Virus record (IMG/VR): IMGVR_UViG_3300047359_000671
Coordinates: 27,310-91,309 of that record
Source: a virus
Reading direction: 5' to 3' (one strand)
Length of the DNA: 64,000 nt
Shown here: positions 22,947 through 29,690 of the stretch, piece by piece
How the letters are laid out: each line of letters begins with the position of its first letter
How positions within the stretch are numbered: position 1 is the first letter of the stretch
Notes under the pieces: generated by a model
What the model was told of the DNA's origin: nothing
Database searches by the model: none
What the model saw: the letters and a program-made list of their open reading frames with translations, nothing else
Program-made: the position numbers and the translations under genes

Positions 22947-23958
22947 TAATTTATTTAAAAGAGCGGCCTGTTTTACCGACATTCATTATGGAATGAGGAA
23001 CAACGCAAAGCAACACAATGAAGATTGTGATGGGTTTGTAGAATGGTTTATCGATGAAGCAAAGAAGAAAGACTGTGATACATGTATCTTTCTTGGTGAT
23101 TGGCATCACAATCGTGCTAGTCTTAATATTTCTACAATGAAATATAGTTTAGACGGTTTACGAAAACTAAGTGCCGCGTTTGAGAAAGTTTATGTTATCT
23201 TAGGTAACCACGATTTATTTTACCGTGAAAGCCGTGATGTAAACTCTGTAGAATTTGTCGAAGAACTAGAGAACGTTGTTCTAGTCAGAGACAAACTAGT
23301 TGAAGGTGACGTAGCCATTGTAAGTTGGTTAGTTGGCGAAGAATGGAAGAAAGTACCAAAGATTAAAACAAAATATATGTTTGGTCACTTCGAACTTCCT
23401 GCGTTCAAACTAAACGCAATGGTAGAAATGCCAGACCACGGTGGTCTTAAAGGCAACATGTTTGCTAACCAAGATTACGTATTCACCGGGCATTTTCACA
23501 AACGTCAAGTCAGAGACAATGTGATTTATATGGGGAACGCCTTCCCTCATAACTTTTCAGATGCATGGGACGATGACCGAGGATGGATGTTCCTCGAATG
23601 GGACAAAGAACCAGAGTTCTTTGCTTGGCCTAATGCACCGAAATACAAGACTATTACATTGTCCACTTTATTAGATGAACCAGAGAAGTATCTATTGCCT
23701 AAAACAAGCGCAAAGATTTCTTTAGACATCGATATCTCTTATGAAGAAGCAAACTTTATTAAAGATACTTTCGTAGAAACATACGACCTACGTGATGTGA
23801 CACTTGTACCTGTAAAAAATACAGAACACGAAACTGATACAGGTGTAGATTTACATTTTGAAACAATCGATGAAATTGTTGTATCACAGTTAGCATCATT
23901 AGATGATAATGGTAGTTTTGACCGAAACGTACTAATTGAGATTTATAATAGTCTCTAG
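22939..23958 (+). CDS. gp47: Recombination endonuclease subunit (Mre11/SbcD-like)
   Basis: DIHYG, GDWHH, GNHD, GHFH metallophosphoesterase motifs. Confidence 0.93.
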   Translation: MTNNLFKRAACFTDIHYGMRNNAKQHNEDCDGFVEWFIDEAKKKDCDTCIFLGDWHHNRASLNISTMKYSLDGLRKLSAAFEKVYVILGNHDLFYRESRDVNSVEFVEELENVVLVRDKLVEGDVAIVSWLVGEEWKKVPKIKTKYMFGHFELPAFKLNAMVEMPDHGGLKGNMFANQDYVFTGHFHKRQVRDNVIYMGNAFPHNFSDAWDDDRGWMFLEWDKEPEFFAWPNAPKYKTITLSTLLDEPEKYLLPKTSAKISLDIDISYEEANFIKDTFVETYDLRDVTLVPVKNTEHETDTGVDLHFETIDEIVVSQLASLDDNGSFDRNVLIEIYNSL

Positions 23959-23962
23959 CAAT

Positions 23963-24577
23963 ATGAAAAAAATACTGATTACCGGAAACCGTAACTATGG
24001 ACTTTGTCAGGCTATTTGTGACCTTTTTGATACTATGGATGATATGCGTTACGATACTGCTAGTCGTAGTACCAATTTTCATTTAGATAGACATGATGAA
24101 CAAGTTCGACTAGCCCAACATTTTATTGATGGAGATTATAATGTTTTCATCAACTGTTCTGCTATTTGGAAGTTTCATCAAGTTATGATAGCAGAAGAAG
24201 TATATAATAAGTGTAATGATAATAACAAAATTGCACATATTATTAATATTGGTTCAACCGCAGATACAGGTGTAAAAGGCAGAACATGGCGTTATCCTAC
24301 AGAAAAGAAAGCATTAAAGGCATATAACAGAGACTTGACGTATATGACTATGGGTGGTTCAAATGTTAAAAGCACATTGATATCATTCGGTAGTTTGACT
24401 ACTCCTAGTGTTATGAAAAAGCATCCAGATAGAGAGTTAATGGATGTAGAGTACGCCGCACAACTAATTTTGTGGTTGCTTTCTCAACCAGAATATGTTA
24501 ATATAAATGAATTATCGGTAGACCCTATACAGATGGGTCATTTTGCCAGGGAGAGGAATAAGTTTGTTAAAGATTAA
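23963..24577 (+). CDS. Short-chain dehydrogenase/reductase (SDR) family protein
   Basis: KILITGxxxYGL Rossmann start, IINIGS, catalytic YxxxK (YPTEK); start moved to ATG 23963. Confidence 0.8.
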   Translation: MKKILITGNRNYGLCQAICDLFDTMDDMRYDTASRSTNFHLDRHDEQVRLAQHFIDGDYNVFINCSAIWKFHQVMIAEEVYNKCNDNNKIAHIINIGSTADTGVKGRTWRYPTEKKALKAYNRDLTYMTMGGSNVKSTLISFGSLTTPSVMKKHPDRELMDVEYAAQLILWLLSQPEYVNINELSVDPIQMGHFARERNKFVKD

Positions 24578-26360
24578 GAATATAACAGTACGAAATTTTA
24601 TGAGTGTCGGTAATGTCACTCAAGCCGTAACATTAGAACAAGATAATCTAACACTTGTGCTAGGTAATAACTTAGATTTAGGTGGAGATGGTTCTCGTAA
24701 TGGTACAGGTAAGACTACACTAATTAATGCATTGTCATATGGATTATACGGCAATGCTCTTACTAATATTCGTAAAGATAACTTAATTAATAAAACAAAT
24801 GGCAAAGGAATGCTTGTCACTATTGATTTCGAATACAATGGAAGTCAATACCGAATTGAACGTGGTCGTAGACCTAATGTCTTTAGATTCATCAAAGACG
24901 GGATTGACTTAAATGATTCACATGATGCCGCTCAAGGCGAAATGCGTCAAACACAAACTGAACTTGTAGATATTATTGGTATCTCACATGCAATGTTTAA
25001 ACATGTTGTGGCTCTAAACACATACACAGAACCGTTCTTATCATTACGTGCCGCAGACCAACGTGAATTAATTGAAGAACTTCTTGGTATCACTGAACTT
25101 TCTAAGAAAGCAGAAAAACTTAAAGAAGCAATCAAAACAACTAAAGACCAAATCAAAGATGAAGAATACAATCTTAAGTCTGTAGAAGATGCAAACTCTC
25201 GTATTCTAAAATCTATTAAAGATATTGAACGCAGACAACGTATCTGGAATGAAAAACATGACACTGAACTTTCTGAACTTGAAACAGGTCTTGATGCGTT
25301 ATCGCATGTAGACATTCAAACAGAAATTGCAAATCACCAAGCATTAATTACATACAACGAACAATCTACTAAATTAACCGAAGCAAAACGTTGGATTACA
25401 AGTATCGAAGCAGATGATGAGAAACAAGAAAGTCTAATTTCAAAATTAAAAAATGAAATTAAATTACTTGAAGACCATAAATGTCATGCGTGTGGACAAG
25501 AATTACACGATGGTAAACAAGAAAAAATTCTTACATCTAAGCAAGAAACTATGAGAGAAGCATCAATGCAAATCTTAAGCAACAGTTCTCAATTAGCAGA
25601 ACACTTAGAAGTAGTAAATGAAATTGGTGAACTTGGTGATAAACCTGCAACGTTCTATCAAAATCTTACAGATGCATACGAGCATCAAAATTCCGTAAAA
25701 AGTTTAGAAGAACAGATAGAAAAGATTAAGAATACAGAAGACCCTTATGCAGAACAAATCGAAGATATGCGTAATGGTCATTTAGAAGAATTAGATTACT
25801 CACACATGAATACACTGATTTCATTACGTGAACATCAGGAGTTTCTAATCAAACTATTAACGAATAAAGACAGTTTTATTCGTAAAAAGATTATTGACCA
25901 AAACTTAAACTATCTAAATTCACGTTTAGATTTCTACTTAGAGAAGTTAGGATTACCACATGATGTTAAATTCTTAAGTGACTTAACAGTAGAAATAACA
26001 GAACTTGGTAGAGATTTAGACTTTGATAATTTATCACGTGGTGAACGCAATAGACTTATCTTAGGTTTAAGTTGGAGTTTTAGAGATATATTTGAATCAT
26101 TGTATAGTACAATTAATGTGTTATTTGTAGACGAATTGATTGACAGTGGTTTAGATACTAATGGTGTGGAAGCCGCATTAGCAGTTCTTAAGAAGATGGT
26201 ACGTGAAAGAAATCGTAGCATATTCTTAGTTTCACACCGAGAAGAACTACAAGGACGTGTATCAAATGTTCTTAACGTAGTTAAAGAGAATGGGTTTACT
26301 AACTTCTCACAAGAAGATGAACCAGTTGACCCTGGAATCGAGTTGGACACAATTATTTAA
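24564..26360 (+). CDS. gp46: Recombination ATPase subunit (Rad50/SbcC-like)
   Basis: Walker A NGTGKT, zinc hook CHACG, signature LSRGE, Walker B FVDE; likely TTG start at 24564 after GAGAGGA. Confidence 0.94.
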   Translation: MLKIKNITVRNFMSVGNVTQAVTLEQDNLTLVLGNNLDLGGDGSRNGTGKTTLINALSYGLYGNALTNIRKDNLINKTNGKGMLVTIDFEYNGSQYRIERGRRPNVFRFIKDGIDLNDSHDAAQGEMRQTQTELVDIIGISHAMFKHVVALNTYTEPFLSLRAADQRELIEELLGITELSKKAEKLKEAIKTTKDQIKDEEYNLKSVEDANSRILKSIKDIERRQRIWNEKHDTELSELETGLDALSHVDIQTEIANHQALITYNEQSTKLTEAKRWITSIEADDEKQESLISKLKNEIKLLEDHKCHACGQELHDGKQEKILTSKQETMREASMQILSNSSQLAEHLEVVNEIGELGDKPATFYQNLTDAYEHQNSVKSLEEQIEKIKNTEDPYAEQIEDMRNGHLEELDYSHMNTLISLREHQEFLIKLLTNKDSFIRKKIIDQNLNYLNSRLDFYLEKLGLPHDVKFLSDLTVEITELGRDLDFDNLSRGERNRLILGLSWSFRDIFESLYSTINVLFVDELIDSGLDTNGVEAALAVLKKMVRERNRSIFLVSHREELQGRVSNVLNVVKENGFTNFSQEDEPVDPGIELDTII

Positions 26361-26375
26361 AGGAGGTGAAAACCA

Positions 26376-26552
26376 ATGAGCATACACGAACAAATTGTAG
26401 AACAATACGAAGCATACCTAAGCGAACACGAAGCGTGGGAAACAAAGGGTGTAAAGGCTGCGGCCGCTAGAGCAAGAAAGGCTTTAGGTGAAATTGGAAA
26501 ACTTACGAAAGAAAGACGTAAAGAAATCCAAGAAAAGAAAAATAATATGTAA
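26376..26552 (+). CDS. Histone H1-like (Hc1-family-like) small DNA-binding protein, 58 aa
   Basis: Below the ORF-track cutoff; perfect AGGAGGT RBS; MSIHEQIVEQYEAYLSEHEAWETKGVKAAAARARKALGEIGKLTKERRKEIQEKKNNM. Confidence 0.75.
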   Translation: MSIHEQIVEQYEAYLSEHEAWETKGVKAAAARARKALGEIGKLTKERRKEIQEKKNNM

Positions 26553-26570
26553 AAAATGTTCAAAAAGGTG

Positions 26571-26600
26571 TTGACAATTGTAATACTTTTGTGTTATAAT
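26571..26600 (+). promoter_or_regulatory. Strong sigma70 promoter
   Basis: TTGACA-N18-TATAAT with TG extension and A-rich upstream element. Confidence 0.85.
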
Positions 26601-26606
26601 TAATAC

Positions 26607-26723
26607 ATAATCAAAGACGCTAAGTGTCTCCTCTCAACCTCTCTCAACGAGGCGTCTAAGATTAGTTTCTCAACACAGAGAACAAAAAACTAAAAGCCCG
26701 GTTCTAGTAACTGGGCTTTTTTT
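26607..26723 (+). ncRNA. Candidate phage sRNA (~115 nt)
   Basis: Bounded by a consensus promoter and an intrinsic terminator; no ORF; two hairpins with CU-rich loops. Confidence 0.65.
26694..26723 (+). terminator. Rho-independent terminator
   Basis: AAGCCCGGTT-CTAGT-AACTGGGCTT followed by a T run. Confidence 0.85.
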
Positions 26724-26760
26724 ATACATAAATACTATCAAGCAACGAAAGGAAATCACA

Positions 26761-26943
26761 GTGGCAAATCAACTATCAACAGAACGAATGGAAGAAATCG
26801 AAAGAGTTCGTAAACTAGCAGAAGACTTTAAGAAAAAGGGAGGCAAGATTACTGTCTGTGAAACCGGTGAAGTAACTGACCAAGGTAAGATTAGTTACAA
26901 ATTTAGACGACCTCGACCTAAAGTAAAGAATGAACTTAAGTAA
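26761..26943 (+). CDS. Small basic protein, SutA RNAP-binding-domain-like
   Basis: GTG start with AAAGGA RBS, late box CATAAATA at 26727; EDFKKKGGKITVC motif. Confidence 0.55.
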   Translation: MANQLSTERMEEIERVRKLAEDFKKKGGKITVCETGEVTDQGKISYKFRRPRPKVKNELK

Positions 26944-27160
26944 ATTCCTAGAATGGTTCCAAATGATAACTGGTTGCACCGCGGCCGCCATTGTCTCCTT
27001 AAATCTAGGAGACGAATGGGTATTTTGGGCAATGGTGTTGTTTGTAATCAAAGATAGTATGATGGGCATTTTTGCATACATCAATAAGTATCCTGGCATA
27101 ATTATGAGTAGTGCTATCTATGTTCCCATAGATTTAATTGGTGTCATACGTTGGTATTAG
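26930..27160 (+). CDS. Small membrane protein
   Basis: Three hydrophobic segments; overlaps the previous gene. Confidence 0.65.
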   Translation: MNLSKFLEWFQMITGCTAAAIVSLNLGDEWVFWAMVLFVIKDSMMGIFAYINKYPGIIMSSAIYVPIDLIGVIRWY

Positions 27161-27209
27161 TTAGATAACATCGTTGTTTGCTTTTGGCATGTATACCATA
27201 AATACATGT

Positions 27210-27416
27210 ATGAAGATATACTTAATCATTACTTTCGTTCTCATTAGTGGTTCAGAACAAATTATGCCACAGTTCCCACCAAAAGAGGTTACAACTATGG
27301 AGATTTGTGAACGTAAAAAAGCGGCAGCGGAAGAATACTTTACATATCAATTAGAGAATAAACCAGTTAAGTCTATAGCAGGATTTAACGTACAGTGCCA
27401 GGAAATAGAATCATAA
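27210..27416 (+). CDS. Hypothetical secreted/membrane-anchored protein
   Basis: ATG 27210 lies 5 nt after late box CATAAATA (27197-27204); hydrophobic N-terminus and two Cys. Confidence 0.6.
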   Translation: MKIYLIITFVLISGSEQIMPQFPPKEVTTMEICERKKAAAEEYFTYQLENKPVKSIAGFNVQCQEIES

Positions 27417-27848
27417 TTTTTTACTAATGCTTTCTAAGTATTCAGTTAATATTTTAGAACTTCCTACTCTAACATTAATAATCCCGTTGTAATATTCATC
27501 GGTTTCTAACACTCGTCGGTCAAACTGTTCTTTTGCTTCGACATAACTCAAAGCACCACGACTCGGACAGTAGTGTAGAATTTCACGCATAAACTTGTTG
27601 GGACCTAATTTTTTTACATCAGCAATTAAATGTTCAGAAGAACCCCAATAGTCTCGCCAATCACTCTCTTTAAACCCACGTCTTTTGTTTTTTCTTCCTT
27701 TAAGAGGTGGTTTCGTTGTTTTAAATCTTGCTAACTTCTTACCCACATACTTTCGGTTGTTTTCAAGATTCGTAATTAAATACACAAATCCCTCAACATC
27801 TTCGGGTAATTCATTTACCACTTCTCCGTTATATTTCCAATCGCTCAT
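27411..27848 (-). CDS. GIY-YIG-type (Seg-like) small endonuclease
   Basis: GFVYLITN...RKYVGKK, YWGSS, REIL, E, YYNG motifs. Confidence 0.8.
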   Translation of the reverse strand: MSDWKYNGEVVNELPEDVEGFVYLITNLENNRKYVGKKLARFKTTKPPLKGRKNKRRGFKESDWRDYWGSSEHLIADVKKLGPNKFMREILHYCPSRGALSYVEAKEQFDRRVLETDEYYNGIINVRVGSSKILTEYLESISKKL

Positions 27849-27869
27849 AGTATTCCATTTGTTTTATTC

Positions 27870-28450
27870 TAAAAGGTCTAAAGACCTAATTCCTTCATAA
27901 ATTTCATTCGCTTTCGCTCAATCAATTTATTCGGTATTTCTTTTATATCTATAATATACTTATATATTCTATTATTATGGTATTATAATATTATCTTTTA
28001 TACTTGTTCCGTTTAGAAGCCATAATTGCCCTGTTGCCAGGACAATAAAAAAATGGCGGAAACTTGTTCCTTGCTCATCAGCCTCTGTGTCTAAGTTAGC
28101 CTCCAGCAAAGGCGAGGTCGGTTGGCGATTCCCTCATCACTTAGTATTGCGTCTTTCGACCCAACGGCACACTATTCAACTCACACAGTTCAACTTGAAT
28201 AATGCAACTAGATTGCCTAGTTCGGTTTGTACAAATGTACGGTATTCTCTGGTCATCCTAATATCCTTTAGAGATATGGATGTTTTATATTATAAACAGT
28301 CTTTTGTGGTTTACGAGAAGAATGTAGGAGTTCATCCCTACTAGTCTGAACGTATGTAGAATATACGCCCTCAATCCCGGAACGGCAACCCGCTCAACAG
28401 TCCCACTATATCGATTATATTAGTTTTCATATTAGTCCCCATTGTTGAGC
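27870..28450 (-). ncRNA. Candidate large structured ncRNA
   Basis: More than 10 stems, GNRA tetraloops, G-U pairs consistent only with the minus strand, a long-range closing helix and a possible pseudoknot; no credible ORF. Confidence 0.65.
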
Positions 28451-28500
28451 CATATTAGTTATAAAAAGATGTATTAGTTTTATATTAGTTTTATATTAGT
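28418..28500. repeat. Six direct TATTAGT repeats (iteron-like)
   Basis: Copies at 28418, 28430, 28453, 28472, 28483, 28494; the last three have an 11-bp period. Confidence 0.85.
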
Positions 28501-28504
28501 ATTG

Positions 28505-28726
28505 TTAGATTATAGGCGTCCCAGCCTGTTTGCTCATTTCGAAATTCTCATTGACAATTTCGTTTAGATAGTCTATGTGACCTGCGGGCATTTCGTGTAT
28601 TTCACTAATGCTAACCCCACCTCTCATATACCAACTTAACTTTAACATATTCTTATGTAGTTTGTCAAGTCTTTTTTGATATTTTTCTTGTTTTTCTGCA
28701 ATTTCTTCTGGGCTGGCGTTAACCAA
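28505..28726 (-). CDS. gp51-like baseplate hub/tail assembly chaperone C-terminal part, probably expressed by -1 frameshift from the upstream ORF
   Basis: L.WYMRGG.S..E...M motif; weak TTG start with no RBS; -1 frame relative to 28732-29562. Confidence 0.7.
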   Translation of the reverse strand: MVNASPEEIAEKQEKYQKRLDKLHKNMLKLSWYMRGGVSISEIHEMPAGHIDYLNEIVNENFEMSKQAGTPII

Positions 28727-28744
28727 CCAGCCTAAGAAAAATTT
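28711..28744 (-). other. Programmed -1 ribosomal frameshift signal
   Basis: In-frame slippery heptamer A AAT TTT (28744-28738), 5-nt spacer, hairpin GGCTGG...CCAGCC (28732-28711). Confidence 0.75.
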
Positions 28745-29562
28745 ACAGGATTAATCTCAAGCGTTATTTCGTCTTTATGTCCACAATCAGCACATGTAAA
28801 TTCAAACTTTGATAAATCGTCAGGCTTTTTGCTTAACTCTTTTACTTTACTTTGAATTGTCTTTACAATAGGTGCAGGGATATCATTTAGAAATTGTCTA
28901 ATTTCTTCTTCATCAACCACATCACCTTCTGGTGTTTCTATTCTAGCAATAGACGTTGTAACTAAATCAATATTCTGAATTGCAACTTTTCTAAAGCCGT
29001 CTGAAAAAGTCTTGGCTAAAGTTAGTTCGTCTTCTTCTTCATTTACTGATTTACGAACACTTTCAAGTATTCGTCTTTGTTCAACTTCCATTAATGCTAA
29101 ACGTGTTATGCTTTCAATTTTTGCTGGTTGAACGTGAATTTTTAAATCATCGAATTCAATCGGTTCAACTTCTGAGATATCAGGGAATTTATCTAATAGA
29201 TAGTTGATATCTATATTATAATCTCCCTGCGCTTTACACTCTGAACAGGTGTGAGTATGTGTAATATCTTTTCCGTATGTTGCATATTTGATAGCAAGAA
29301 ACAACGCTTCCACATCAATGTTACACAATTGTCTTGCGTCTTCGATAGATGGAACACAACTTTGAATAAGATTGATTAAAGCCTCACCATTTAGTAATGC
29401 ATCTGGGTTCTCTAATGAAATCTCATCCACTGCCGTCATGGGCAAAATACCGATTTCATCTAATATCGTTTTATCTATTTCCGGGTTAAACTTCCCACCA
29501 GTTGGTATTTGCACATACAACTGTGGTTTACGGAAATATTTTGATAATAAGTTTTTGCTCAT
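28732..29562 (-). CDS. gp26: Baseplate hub assembly protein, T4 gp26-like
   Basis: YFRKP.LYV..P.GG, PMTAVDEI, PDALLNG, LAIKYATYG and two CxxC pairs. Confidence 0.78.
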   Translation of the reverse strand: MSKNLLSKYFRKPQLYVQIPTGGKFNPEIDKTILDEIGILPMTAVDEISLENPDALLNGEALINLIQSCVPSIEDARQLCNIDVEALFLAIKYATYGKDITHTHTCSECKAQGDYNIDINYLLDKFPDISEVEPIEFDDLKIHVQPAKIESITRLALMEVEQRRILESVRKSVNEEEDELTLAKTFSDGFRKVAIQNIDLVTTSIARIETPEGDVVDEEEIRQFLNDIPAPIVKTIQSKVKELSKKPDDLSKFEFTCADCGHKDEITLEINPVNFS

Positions 29563-29576
29563 ATATTTCTTCCTTT

Positions 29577-29584
29577 GATAAATA
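29577..29584 (+). promoter_or_regulatory. Late promoter for tape measure gene
   Basis: GATAAATA. Confidence 0.6.
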
Positions 29585-29627
29585 CACTATGATAGTAAAT
29601 AATTAAGTATATACTTATTCACCACTA

Positions 29628-29667
29628 GTATTTACTCTATTATAAACTACGAAGTTACAGAAGTCAA
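29628..29667 (-). promoter_or_regulatory. Overlapping sigma70 promoter, operator and late promoter
   Basis: TTGACT (29667-29662)-N17-TATAAT (29644-29639); operator AACTTCGTAGTTTA in the spacer; AGTAAATAC at 29636-29628. Confidence 0.7.
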
Positions 29668-29690
29668 CCTTTTTTTTGAGAGAGAACAAC

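Noticed and set aside
28060-28085. CTGATGAG (minus strand) as a hammerhead ribozyme core
   Set aside because: No properly placed GAAA after stem II and no flanking stems I/III found
28078-28140. Box C (GTGATGA) and box D (CTGA) motifs suggesting a C/D or TIGR-like guide
   Set aside because: Single occurrence, weak terminal stem, no tandem array and no Nop-domain gene in the window
28087-28344. 85-aa plus-strand ORF
   Set aside because: No RBS, atypical composition, overlaps the structured minus-strand element
28330-28415. Group I intron-like words GTTCAGACTA (R-like) and GATATAGT (S-like)
   Set aside because: Wrong order, imperfect, and no interrupted gene evident; still worth a covariance-model test
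27870-28450. tRNA, tmRNA or RNase P identity for the large RNA
   Set aside because: No T-loop/CCA end and no GAGGAAAGTCC or matching P4 3' strand
28418-28500. CRISPR or mini-array
   Set aside because: Repeat only 7 bp with 4-16 bp gaps; no cas genes
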